DNA of 64,000 nt from Sminthopsis crassicaudata (GCF_048593235.1 NC_133620.1:28181772-28245771), one strand, 5' to 3'; counted from the stretch's first letter, positions 1 through 29,642 are shown. The notes: a model not told the origin generated them from the sequence alone. A program made the numbers and translations.

Positions 1-1262
1 TTCGCAGGGTCTCTAGCAGGGCTGTAAATCACCGCTGCACCTCTCACACATTAAGCCAATGGAGGACTCTTAAAGGGGCTGCAATCAGGAAACCCAGCTT
101 TTTCTAGCAATTGACTGGGGAGGAGGAGACCCCCAGGAGAACGGCTCGAGGACGACAGCGGTCCAGAAGGGGTTAAGGCGGCGGGAAGCAGCAGAGAATG
201 GGTTAGTAGAGGAGGAAGGGAATGAAAGGGGTGGCTGGGGGAGGGGCTGTGGAGAAGAAAGCAGGGGGTGGGCCCAGGGTGCCCGAGGGTCAGCCTAGCC
301 CAGACAGCTCCCTCTTCAACAGAAAATGGAGTGAATGGGAGATGACGTCAGGGGACAGTGAAGAAAGGTGGAGAAAAGAGGGCCTCAAGAACGGCCTCCT
401 CTGCGCTTCCGTGAGGTCCTTTTGATGGAGGCCTAAGGGGTGGAGTGGCAAGGAGGACAAAGAGGTCGGCGGAGACATTCCAGGCGGGAGCGGCGGGCCG
501 CAGTGACCGGGGAGGGAGTGGAGGGAGGAGCCGGGGGAGGACCACCCCGCGTGCAGCCTCGGGGACGCCGAGGGCGTGGCCGCACCCCCCAGACCACCGG
601 GCCCCACAGGCAAGCAGGGGCTGCAAGGGGGGAGGGGAGCCAAGGGCAGCAGCAGCGGGCGGGCGGGGGGCCGGAGGGACCCAGGGCCTGCATGAAGATC
701 CTTGGAGAAGGTCACGCGGGGAGCCCCAGAGGAGAGCGGGGTCAGCAGGGTCAAAAGCTGCAGAGGGGGAGGGAAAGGTGATCACTCACACTCCCGCTGC
801 TGAGCTTGCAGTCTGCTAGGACCCCCAAGTCTTCTTCGGACAAACGGCCTCCCATCACGCGTGCCCGCGTTCACAGTGCTGCCCGTATACAGGGCCCTGG
901 GTCCTCATCCCGCCTCTGCCACCTGCACCTTCTTTGTGTGAAATGGGCAATGGGAGGCGAGCGGGGCTGTACCCCAGGAGTCTGACCCCGCCCTCCCCCC
1001 TTCCCCCTTCCCCACTCCGGGTCCTTTAGAGACCTGCTCCGGGAGGACCCGCTATGTGAACGGCTGCCCCACGCCCGGGGGCCACTCAGAACCTCGGTTC
1101 CTTCTCTCGGCTGGCTTCCCCCTTCGCCCCCACCCCCACCCTGGAAAAGCCGAAAGCCAAAGTGACCTTAAAGCACGCTGGCAAAGGTGCAATTCCAGGA
1201 TTTCCAACGAGGGGAACCTGAAGCCACCATCCCAAGGCTCCATGGCCCGCGTGTTCCCTCAC

Positions 1263-1313
1263 CTTCTTGGGTTCCTCGCCGTTCCCCGCCTTCTTCTCGT
1301 CCTCGACCACCAT
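1263..1313 (-). CDS. UQCRH: Cytochrome b-c1 complex subunit 6 (hinge protein), coding exon 1 only; the rest lies left of the window
   Basis: ATG at 1313-1311 gives MVVEDEKKAGNGEEPKK, followed by a GTGAG donor (phase 0). It resembles human exon 1 (MGLEDEQKMLTESGDPEE). The head-to-head position with LRRC41 matches human synteny. Exon 2 was not found in 1-1262. Confidence 0.75.
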
Positions 1314-1692
1314 GTCTGCCGTCCGCTGCAGCTTCAGCAAGCGTGACTCCTCCCTGCTGGCCGAGAAGGACTCGCCAGGGTCACGGACCGGAAACTCAGT
1401 TCGCCAGCGGAAGTGAAATAGCCTCTTCCAACGGCGCCGTTCAAGGGGGTGGGCGGCGCGCCCTGCGCTGCCTCTGGGGCCCCTGCGCAAGAGAAGAATG
1501 GTTCTCACACACAAAAGTGAATCTGAATGGCCTTTCTGGCCGTAAACGAGCTCACAGGCTTGAGATCTTCCGAACAGAGAGACTGGCCTTTCCTTTCCCC
1601 CCCCGCAAAGAGCGTCCTGTGGTACGCCCCAACCTAATCAAAGATGGCGACAGGTACGTCCGTGCTTGCGCAGGCGCGAGCCACTGCCCAAT
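1314..1692. promoter_or_regulatory. Bidirectional CpG-island promoter UQCRH/LRRC41
   Basis: 379 bp between divergent ATGs. ETS/GABP sites CCGGAAA (1388) and GCGGAAGTG (1407-1415), YY1 AAGATGGCG (1641), NRF1-like TGCGCAGGCGC (1667-1677). CpG-rich. Confidence 0.8.
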
Positions 1693-4600
1693 ATGGCAGC
1701 CCCCAGGCCTCGAGACGCTAGTGCCAGCTTGGCCCTACGTGGGTCCAGAGCGGCGGTCGCCATGGAGGCCGCTTGCGGGGAAAGAAGCTCTGCGGTGGTC
1801 TTGGAGCCCAGCGGCCCCCCAGAGTTGTTCGTCCTGTGCGGTCGGGCCGTGAGCGCCCACATGGGTGTCCTGGAAAGTGGGGTGTGGGGTGAGTACTCGG
1901 TGAGGGGGAGGGTCAACGGACCGCCCGTTACTATGGAAACATTGGCTCTTGTAGGGGCTGGAAATTACGCTTCCATGGAAACAAGAGGCACCCAATCGGA
2001 GCCAGAGCCGAGTGTGGGCACTGTTGCCATGGAGACTGAGGCAGAAACCCGAGCCAGCATGAAGACCCAAAGAGGCCTCCCGCTGTGGAGGCTCGTGGTC
2101 AGCTCTGGCTTTAATGGAGGACATTGATGACCTGGGGGGGAGGGGAGGGAAGCTCACTGACAGCTGACCCAGCCTGGAAAAGAAGCAGTGTGGTCACTTG
2201 TTGAGTATTTCGTGATTCCTAGAGAGATGCTGGCAAGACAGAAGTAACATGGCATCGCATCCCTCTGTACACAAAGGGAGCCCTAACAAAGGCAGGCCTC
2301 CAGGAGCTGGCAGGCTATCGAGGGAGGCTTTATGCCCTGCGTGGGGGGTGTGTGTGAGCAGGTGGAGCCCCCGGGAGCCAGTCCCCCCTCCCCCTGCAGG
2401 GCAGCCCCTCCAGGGGATAACTTCCAAGCTGCACCCACCGGTATTCAGCATCCTTCCACCCTGCCACACCCTTCCCATCAAAGTGATTCCCACCCTCCTA
2501 TTGCAGTTATTACTGCTCCAACTTCTCGGCTCCCTCCAGCCTCTTCCCAAACCCCCTTCTGCAGACCCCCCAACCTTTCTGCCGTGTACTCCGAAAGCAA
2601 ACATCCCCTCTCATTGCTAGCGCGTCACCCAGAACTGACTCCCTCGTGCTGATGCAGCGTCCCCGGCATCTCTTCCACCTCCGGATTCTCCCTTGGCCGT
2701 CATTACTCAGTAACCTCCCCTCCATTGAAATTCATTCATATCTATCACCCCATCGAAGTCCCGGGATTTGTTGTCTGCAGACTCCATTACACTCCCATTC
2801 TCCCTCAAGCTCGCTGCCCCACAGTCTCTCCATACTCTCAGAAAACCTAATCTTGCTTTTCCTCAGTTTACTCATTTGCGAGCCCGCCTCTTCCACCCTG
2901 CCTCAGTCAAAGACGATTATGTCCTTGATCCCCCATCACGCCTCAGTGCCCCCCTTCTGTGTTCATGAACTCAGCAATCCTTGTATTGATCATAATCTAT
3001 TGTGATTTCACGTCTCTCTTTGCCTTCTAATACCAAACCCTGCTCTTCGTCTCATGGTGGCCTCCAGGCCATCAACTTCTCCGTTCTTAGATCATCCCCC
3101 TCGGACTGGCCTCCCCTGCCAGCCTTGACCCTTTGGTACTGCGGCTTACTAGCTTTTCTCTTGCCCCTTAATTCTTTTGGAGACCTTTCTAAATTCTACC
3201 CATTAGGATTATTCCCACCATCCATTCTACTGCTACCCACATGTTGCTGAATAAAGCTGAAGAAAATCACGTAGCCCGAGTGGCTAGGTCTACTACAAAT
3301 TTGTTACATAAACTCGGCTGAGCTTTCCCTGCTGTGTAAAGGGCTAGAACTGAGCAATGCACTTGGATGATGAAGCACGTGAGACTAATTGCCAATTGGA
3401 CGGTTCCCTATTAACTTGTTTAAGGTTGACCCTCCCCAGCTGTTCTGTGCTGACTTGATTGGTGGGACAAAGAGGGGGAAGTGACTTGTGTGGGAGGAGG
3501 AAGAGAAACTTGGGTGGTGGAACTCACGCTCACTCGCACTCGTGACCTGGTGTTGGAGGCGACTGAAAAGAGCTAGAATAAAGACGTTTAGTGATCCTGA
3601 CTCCTGCTGATTTCTGGAAAGATAGAGTTCCAGCACTGCTGCTCTGTAATCTTTTGTTTCTCTAATCACTCCCCTCCTCCACAAACCTTCTCTTTCTCTT
3701 CATCTCCTTTTTTGTTTGTTTTTCATCCTAAATAGTATTTTTCCCCAAAGAGATTTCAATATTCATCTTTGCAAAACCTTGTGTTCAAAATTTTTCTCCT
3801 CCCCTTCCTCCCCCCATCTCTAGATAGCAAGCAATCCTATATAGGTTTAAACATGAGCAATTCTTCTAGACATATTTCCACATTTATCAGGCTGCACAAG
3901 AAAAATCAGATCCAAAAGGAAAAAAAAAAAAAAATGGAAAAAAAAAAGCAAAAAGTAACAAAAAGGACGCTAATACCGTTGTGATCCACATTCTATCCCC
4001 ATAGAGCTCTTTGTAGATTCAGACGGCCCTTTCCCTCACAAGTCTATTGGAATTGCCTGTTGAAGAGCCATGTCCATCATCACCGAGCTGCTCATCACTT
4101 AATCCTGTTGTTGCTGTGTACAGGGTTCTCTTGGTTCTGCTCACTTCACTTAACATGAATTCATATAAGTCTTTCCTTTCTGAAATCAAACTGCTCATCA
4201 TTTCTCATAGACCAATAATATTCCATTTCATAGGTTATTCAGCTAGGCTACAAACATTTTTGTACATGTGGGTCTCTTTCCCCCCTTTAAGATCTCTTTG
4301 GGATTCAGACCCAATAGAGACGCTGCCGGGCCAAAGGGTATGCACAGTTTGATAGCCCTTTTGGGCATAGTTCCAAATTGTTCTCCAGAATGGTTGGATC
4401 AGTTCACAACTCCACCAACAATGCGTTAGTTTTCCCATCTCCCCTCCAACATTTGTCGTCATCATTTTCTCAGCCAATATTGGAATGTGACACGATGCCT
4501 CACTTGTCTTAATTTCAGTAGTGACTTACGTATGCCTATAGAGGGCTTCAATTTCTTCATCTGAAAGCTGTCAGTTTATATCCTATGACCATTTACCAAT

Positions 4601-7600
4601 TGGGGACTTTGCCTCCTATCTTATCGGAACAATTGAGATCATTCACTAAGAGCTCCCTCTCCTCTCTGCCTCTTGATTTCCCCTCCGTAGATGCCTTCCG
4701 CCACCATCTCCTCCTTCACCTGCCTCAGAGAAGAGCTTCTCCTGGCCGACACAAACTCCCCTGGCTGCACAAGGGCCTCCGTTCGTCCCTGTCATCCTCT
4801 GGCTGACGGCCTCTTTGGTCCCCACTCCCTCTCTCCCAGAGCCCTTCCCCTGAGTCTCCATCTCTTTATAACGAAGCTCCTCCTCAGGTTCCTTTCCCTC
4901 TGGCTTCTGGCCTCATCCTCCCACCCAGAATGCTCCCCCAAACCCCCAAAAGTCACACATTAGAAGTCACTAATCACCACATCCCGCGGAGGGTCCCAAT
5001 GCCCATCCTAATTGTCCACTTTCTCCAGCTTTTCGTGACAGTCATGGGGGGGGGGGGGGGAAGGTGATGGAAGGGTCAGGAAAGCCTCCTGGAGGAGGGC
5101 GTGCTGAAGCTGAGCCTTGGAGGGAAGGGAGGAGACAGGAGGGAGCTGGCTTCCATTTATAGGTTTTCGCTCCAGGCTTTTTTTCCCTGGCACCAGAAGA
5201 GTCTCAGAAGGCTGGAGTAGATGCAGAGGGGGCTGCAGGGCTGAGGCTCTTTCCCTCCAAGGACCCCTCCTAGGGGTGGGCAAGTGTGGAAACAGATGTG
5301 TGAAGGCTCCGCCTCCAAGCCCAGCATTCTGTCTTGGTTTTCCCAGGCCTTCCGGCTCCCATACTTCAAGGCATCTTACCACTGCTCAATATATATTACC
5401 TGGAGAGGGCTGAGCAAGCAGCCCAGAAGAAAGGTGAGCTGGCACCCTTACTCCAAATGGAGAGGTTGGGTTTGCCCCCTGACCAGTAATGGCCACCGTC
5501 ACCTGGATAGGACGTAGGGCTGTGGGAATAGGGAGCAGACCTGGGTGTCCCTATATTTGTTCCCCAGGAGGGATCTGAGACTTAGAGACACTAGCAGGGG
5601 CATGGGTGGTAGAGAGTGCCATCCGATGCCAGGGAGAACTCTTGCATGCAGTCTGAGGGGCATCTAGAATGACAGGACACATGGTCTTTCTGCCCCCCAC
5701 AGGCCTCTCTACACAGACTATCTGGATTCAGCTCTGGGACGATGTGATGAGGACCAGGCCTCCCCGTTCTGAGGTGAGGAAGAGTCTCCTGCCAGCCCTT
5801 CCTTGGCACTGAGGTGGTACAGAGCCATGCTGACTGGGGCCTGGCTGACGGGGCCTCTCGGCTCATTCAGTGGTTAAGAGAAGGAGACAGCCGAGGTCAG
5901 GGCGGGGATGCATCAGGGGAACCCCCTTCCTCCACATACTTTTGCTCCAGTCCTGGACCCTGAGGGATCCATCCCCAAGAGAGCAGGAGCCATACCCAAA
6001 GATGTGCCAGCCCCCCTAAGGCAGCAAGGCAGCCCTGCCAGGGTCCCACCCAAAGATGTGCCCGCTGGGAGAACGGCAGGGTCAGGGATGACCTGAGGGC
6101 TACAGCCTCACGAGCTGTCTCTCCTCCCTTTTGGGCCACAGAGTGTGGCCTGCTGGCGGGCCAAGTTCCTGGAGACCTTCTTCTGCCATGTGCTCCGAGG
6201 GACCCTAGACCCGACGTGCGACTGCCGCCTCCAGGACAGCCGCTTCTCGCCCCTGCAGCACAGCGCGCCCTACGTCTCCCAGCTCACCATCTGCAACGCG
6301 CTGCAGGGAGTGGGGGAACTGGTGGCCGAGGCCCAGCGTGAGGCCCTGGAGATCCTGGCCCGCTCCCTGCACACGCTCAAGTTCCGGCACTTGCTCTTCT
6401 CTGATGGGACCGCTCAGCAGGCCCTGAGGAGGCTGCTGCACCGACTCATCCACCACGGGGCCGTCCAGCAGGTGTCCATGTACTCCTGGCCTGTGCCTGA
6501 GACCGCCCTGTTCATCCTCATCCTCACCATGAGTGCGGGCCTCTGGCAGCCAGCCCCCTGTGACGGGCCTTGCAGCCTATGTAGGGCGGACTCCCCGGAG
6601 CAGGCCCCAGCCCCTGATGAGCCTGCGTTCTTGCTGGCGCCCGGCCGGCCACGCCGGGACACTGCAGAGCGGTCGGCAGCTGCCCTGATGGCCACTCGGT
6701 GGGAGACTGAGGCCAGGGAAGCTCAAGAACAGGCCATGCTAGTGCAGGAGAGCCGGACGCTGGGGGAAACGGGCCCCGGGAGTCCTCGGACTCCGGCCAG
6801 CTCGCCTCTGCCGCCCCAGGCGGCTCCCAGGAGGAAAAGTTCCTGCTCCCACTCCTGCCAGGGGCCCAGTACGGAGCCAGACGACCTCTATGACTTTGTC
6901 TTCCTCATTGCCAGTGAGAAAGAGGAGCAAGAAGAGTCCTCGGGGGCGTGGGCGCCCAGCGGCGGGGACCTGCCCTCTCTGGACAGCGCCCAGCGCTTCC
7001 GCAGCATCTCCTCTCTGGAGCTCTTCACCATCCCACTGTCCACGGAATCGACGCTCGTCCTGTGCCACCTGCTGCGCTCCTGGGTGTCCCTGGAGAAGCT
7101 CACCCTCTCCTATAACGGTAAGGCGACTCCCTCTGCCGGGAAGGCCGAGAAGGGGAGGGATTTTCCAGGCAGGGGGATTTTCCAGGCAGGGCGGAGGAGG
7201 GTCTGCATGGTTGCCCAGCTAATTGCTCTCTTGGTCCGCGTGTCCCACGGCACAGCACCAGCCACGGCAGATGATTAATGAATAGAAGAGATGGCTGACC
7301 CCATCACCCGTCTGGTCCCTTTGGAATAAGACAGTTCGTGGGTTTTGTCCCACCGATGCAGTCTAGTCAGACTTCTTATGATGGAGCTCTGGGAGAAATA
7401 TCTGTTCTGACGTGTTGCGTCTGTCTTGGGACACTGAGTTTCATGTTATTCCAGCGTCTCAGGGACCGCTCAGAGGGGGCCACGCTTCTAAAGTGTCACA
7501 TTGGGAGGAAAGTTGAATTACCGCCCCTGGGCTGGCCTGAGTGGGTTCTGCAGAGTTCTCCTGAGGGCTGGCTCCAGGTAAAAGTCCCAGGAGACTTTCC

Positions 7601-10600
7601 GCTGACTAGAAAACTGCCAGCTCAATGGGACTGCAGGCTCCTCTCAATCTGGAACTCTTGCCCTTGTTCTTTTGCAAGGCTCGGACTGAGCTGGAGGCTG
7701 GGAGCCCCCGATGCTGTTGGCCTCTGAACTTGTTCCTAGCTCAGTCCACAGCCCGGCCCGTGACCCCTCCTTACTCTGGTGGGCACTCTCCCTCCCCCAG
7801 TGCACCAGGGTCTGGATCTGGAACCGAGTAGCTATCAGAAAAGCTGCTGGGTGTTCCGTTCCCAAAGCCTACACAAGGTTCCCCTTTTATGGAGTTGGGA
7901 ATCTCCTGATCTGGGGCGTAGCCTCCGTCCTTTCTCAGTTCCTGCACACCAGAAGCCCCCCCTGGCCAGACCCTAACCCTGGTAAATGAAGGTGAACAGA
8001 ACCCTGGGAAAGAGCCATCCCTGCCATCCTAGGCGGACAAGTGCCCGAGCAGGGCCAGGAAGCCTCCTAGGGCACTGTACTTTGGGCCTGGACTGAGGAG
8101 CCAAGATCAGATCCTGCCGCTGGTGCTTTCCGGCTGTGGACTCGGAGCAACCTCTGAACCTTATGGTTCCTTCCCATAAAGTGGGAACAGTTGTACTACC
8201 CATTCCATTTGTGGGAAAGTACTTTGTAAGCCTTAAAGTGCTAATAAAGGAGATAGTTACTTGTGCTTCTTACCAGGGTCTCTGAGCAGGGAAACTGACC
8301 TGGGAATAGAGCCATAAAGACCGGGAAGGAAGGCATCCTCCCTCCTTAAGACCCCTGCCTCCGGCGTGACCTGAAATTGCCATCTCCACTGGGGCAACAT
8401 AATGGGGCAGTAGGTAGAGCATTGGGCCTGACGTGAGGAAGATCCGAGTTCAAAAACTAGGAGCTGTGTGACTTTAGGAAATTCATCTGTAAAGTAATGA
8501 TAATCTAGGGCTTATCTCTAAGGGTTTTATGAGGATCAAATGAAGTATTTATAAATGTGTTAGCACAGTGCTTGGCCTGCACACACTAGGTGCTTAATAA
8601 ATGCTTGCTTCCTTCCACCACAGGGCTAGGCTCCAACATTTTCTACCTGCTGGAGGGTCTGCAGGCCCTCTCAGCCCAGGCCAGCTGCTGCCTCCGCTCC
8701 TTCCACTTCACTGATCTCTTCTCCCCTCTGTCTGTGCTGGAGCTGGCCCACACCACCCTCAGGGTCCTGCCCAGGCTGCACACCCTCGCCATCCGGATTG
8801 ACCATCTGAGCCCAGAGGACAGCCCCAGAGCCGCCGGCAACTCTAGTACTGAGACAGGGCACGAGGACATTCCAGGTGAGGGGGTGGTGCAACGGGGAAA
8901 TTTGGGCAGGCTGAGAGCCTCTGATCCCAGGCACGCCACCCAGGACAAGGGAGGCGAGCCAGTGTCCTGTGCCCTCCAGAGTCCGTTTGTAGTGTTAAGT
9001 TGTGGCTGTGCAGAGTCCTTTTCAAACTCCTGAGATCTTTGTGAGATCACAGACCCAGAGCTGCAAGGGATCCTAGAGGCTATCAGGGGAGACAGATAAG
9101 GAATGAGGGTCAGAGAGGGGCAAGGGCAGCGGCAGCTTCTGGGGAGCTCCATGTCCCCCTATGTGCCTCCAAGGCTGGGTAGCCTCCTGGCACCTGGGCC
9201 CCCTGACCTGCTGTGTGGAGCTGCCTCGATCATCATTTCTGCCATTAAAGCCCCTCCTCTGTAGGGGCCGAGCTTCAGGAGCAGCCTGAGGGGCCCACCT
9301 GACCAGAGGGGAAGAAAGCCGACTGTTCTGGGGGCCGAGGCTGGGGCCTACAACTTTCCATACTTCCTCTCTTTCTGGCAGAGAACTGCCTGAAGCAGCT
9401 GGAGCTGGGCTTTCCCCGCAGGCCGCAGGCCAGCAAGTGCCTGTGCCAGGTCCTTGAGGCATCGCCCGCCCTGCAGCAGCTAGCCCTGGACAGTGCCACC
9501 TTCACCTCTCCCCGGGAACTGGGGCTGGTGCTCCAGACACTGCGAGGTACCACCCTGCATGGGGGAAGGGACAGACACAGTGGGAGGACTCAGGGGCCCC
9601 AGCGTGGGCTGCCCCACTCAGCCCCAAAGGCTGCCTGCCCTGTCCCTCCACCCTTCAGAATGCAACCCAGCCCTGCAGAAGCTGAGCTTCCACGACATGA
9701 ATCTCGCTGACTGCCAGAAGGAGGTGCTCTTGCTGCTCCAGGACCCCAGCCTTCGAGGTAAGCTGAAGAACTGGCAATAGACCAGGAGGGGCTGAAGCTT
9801 GGGACTGAGAATCAGGAGCATCTGGGGTCCACTAACATGCTTATTACTAGCAAGTCACCCTCTCTGTACCTCAGTTTCCCCATCAGTAGAATGAGTGGCT
9901 AGGACTCAGTGGCGTCTGATCTCCTTTCTGGCTCTAAATTTATTCTGTAACATGGGCAAGAAACTGTGGCCTGAGAGCAGGCCGGCCCAAGCTCCCCTCT
10001 GGTTCTCCCACAGAGCTCACCCTGTCCTTCTGCCGCCTGCTGGAGAAGCGCCGGACCCACTTTCTGCCCAAGTTGGTCACAGCCATGAAAAGCAATTCCA
10101 CTCTGAAGAGTTTCCGGGTCCCGGGGAACCGTCTTGGTGAGTGTGGTGGGCTGACCAGGGCTGATCCAGGAAAGGCGCAGGCAGGTTGGCCTCCTGGGAG
10201 ACTTAGCCTCTCTCCTTCTTCAGGGAGCTCAGGCCTTGTGGCCCTGGCTGAGATCTTCTCCAGTGACTCTTCCTCCTCTCTCTGCCAGCTGGACATCAGG
10301 TATGTGGTTGGAGTGGGGGGGAGGGGGTCAGCACCACCTCCCCTTCTTTCAGAGCCCCTTCCTGACTTCGATCTTCTCTCCTCCCCATCTCAGCTCCAAT
10401 TGCATCAAGCCAGACGGACTCCTGGAATTTGCCAAGCAGCTGGAGCAGAGCCACCCAAACCGTGGGACCTTCGGCCACCTCTCTCTCTTCCAGAACTGGC
10501 TGGACCAGGACCCCGGCATGGCCGAGGAAGCTATTGGCCGGTTGCGGGCCACGTTCAGTGTGGTTAGTGACACGTGGGACTCCTCCCAGGCCTTTGCCGA

Positions 10601-10619
10601 CTATGTCAGTATGATGTGA
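1693..10619 (+). CDS. LRRC41: Leucine-rich repeat-containing protein 41 (MUF1), complete, 10 exons, 756 aa
   Basis: Exons: 1693-1888, 5347-5433, 5703-5773, 6142-7117, 8624-8875, 9382-9546, 9659-9757, 10014-10136, 10224-10299, 10394-10619 (2271 nt, all GT-AG, phases consistent). Recognised peptides: [59 protein letters not shown]-terminal [14 protein letters not shown]. Confidence 0.97.
2440..3400 (+). mobile_element. LINE2 (L2) degenerate fragment(s)
   Basis: Pyrimidine-rich, with L2-like passages such as gctgaagaaaatcacgtagcccgagtggctaggtctactacaaattt (~3255-3300). Recognised from memory of the consensus; boundaries approximate. Confidence 0.55.
3700..4620 (-). mobile_element. LINE1 3' fragment (ORF2 C-terminus plus 3' UTR), marsupial type
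   Basis: ORF 4235-4477 encodes [23 protein letters not shown], the L1 ORF2 C-terminal motif. A marsupial L1 3' UTR and T-rich tail lie at ~3700-3960. Confidence 0.85.
8400..8610 (+). mobile_element. MIR/CORE-SINE ending just upstream of the LRRC41 exon 5 acceptor
   Basis: CORE motifs gatccgagttcaaa, gctgtgtgacttt, catctgtaaa, gaggatcaaatga; tail taggtgcttaataaatgcttg. Confidence 0.75.
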
Positions 10620-10916
10620 CTGAGGCCTTCGTGCCTTAGAGAAGTTCCCTACCCTAGGCCAGGATCCACAGGATTCCAGCCACACTTCCCTCCAACCCTG
10701 GCTCTCAGCAGAGCTTGGGGAGGTAGAGCATGGCTCCAGAGGCTCAAGTTCTGGCCAGGTTACTGACCTCATCCTCAACAGGGGAAGCAGGCAGAGTGGG
10801 CCAGCGGGCTCTCTGTGCTCAAGGATCAAGGGAAACACCCCCAGAGCCACCCTCTCTCCCCAGGAATGGCCCACCCAGAGTCCGCACCATGCTCTTGACT
10901 CTGCCACCAGAGAGTT

Positions 10917-10965
10917 TTTAATGCCTTTATTATTTCTGTGCCTTTTTTACATTTCTAAAAATAAA
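10917..10965. terminator. Opposed polyadenylation signals of RAD54L (-) and LRRC41 (+)
   Basis: AATAAA on + at 10960-10965. AATAAA on - at 10926-10931 and ATTAAA on - at 10917-10922. These sit in the only AT-rich patch between the two stop codons. Confidence 0.7.
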
Positions 10966-11251
10966 AAAATCTATTCTGCATTCCCCTGCCTCCTAGCCAC
11001 GTGGCTGACTCCTCTCCCAGCTTATGGGCAGCAGTGACAGGGAGCGGTCTGAGCAGGGCAGCTCTGGCTGGAGCAGCAAGCACAGGCTTTCTGCCCAGCC
11101 CGGCCATGCAATAGCCTGGACCAGCCTGGCCCTTGACTGACTCCCCCCAACCCAGCCCCAGCCCCCCAGCTTCCCAGGCCCATTTCTGACTCCAACATCA
11201 CCAGGTCCAGCCCAGTTCCAGCCCTCCCCAGGCCCGGTCCAGTCCTAGGGC

Positions 11252-28691
<17,440 letters not shown>

Positions 28692-29580
28692 CCTGACTCC
28701 AAGCGGGGGGTCCCCATGGGCCTGACAGTCGGGGCGGGAGCCGGGCCTGCAAGGAGGGATGACAGAGGCGGGAGATGCCCTGCGGGCACACGCGGAGAGG
28801 GAGGGAGAGGAGCCCCGCCAGCCCAGCAACAAGGAGCAGCGCAGCCTCAGAAGTGAGCGCCCCACACCCGCCCAGAGGCGCCCGGCCAACAGTGAGGGCC
28901 AGAGCTGCGGGCCACGGCGGGCTGTGGGGCTGTGGGGCTGGGGCTGCGTCCTCCCCGCGCACGCGCACACACAGGGCTCTCAGGCCCTCTCCGGACCCCA
29001 AGCCTCGGCCTCTGGCAATCTCAGGCAGGACGTCCCCAAACTCAGACAGGGCCCAAGCTACCCCCCCCCGCCCCGCCCCCCATTACTGCCCCCAGGCCAT
29101 TCTCACCTTCACTCAGGCACCTCTCCGCTGCGGGGGCGGGCCCTCCGGGTCCTGACCCCTGACTCTCCCCCCACTAGGACCAGCCTCCCTCAGCCACCAA
29201 GGGGATTATCCTAAAGCTCCAGCCTGATCCCATCACTCCGGGATCATCCCATCAGCGGTGGAGAAAAGACAAAAGCGCCCTGATTGGGCACCCGGAGCCC
29301 CTCCTCCTCCGGCCGCGCGGGGCGGCGAGCCCCCAATTCTCGGGCCTTCGACGCCGCCTCGCACACAGTAGGGGCTTCACCAGTGCTGGCGGCCTGTCGG
29401 GCTCCTGGGGGGGAGGGGGTTCTGCCGACCCCTGAAACCCTGGGGCCCGTCAGGCCCTTTCCCCCGCCGGCCTCGGTTTCCCCGGCAGTCAAGGGCCAAG
29501 TCTTGGGGAGTCTGAGGTCCCCCTCCCACGGCAGAGGCAGACCTACGACCGCCCTCCCCCCGTCGCCTCAGTGTCACTCT

Positions 29581-29642
29581 CCCGCAGCCCGCTTTCGGTC
29601 CCGGTCCCGGTCCCGCAGCCCGCTTTCGGTCCCGGTCCCGGT
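29581..29642. repeat. Perfect 31-bp tandem duplication
   Basis: cccgcagcccgctttcggtcccggtcccggt at 29581-29611 and again at 29612-29642. Confidence 0.95.

Noticed and set aside
343-350. Perfect CRE palindrome TGACGTCA in UQCRH intron 1
   Set aside because: A single 8-mer ~1 kb from the TSS is expected by chance and has no supporting context.
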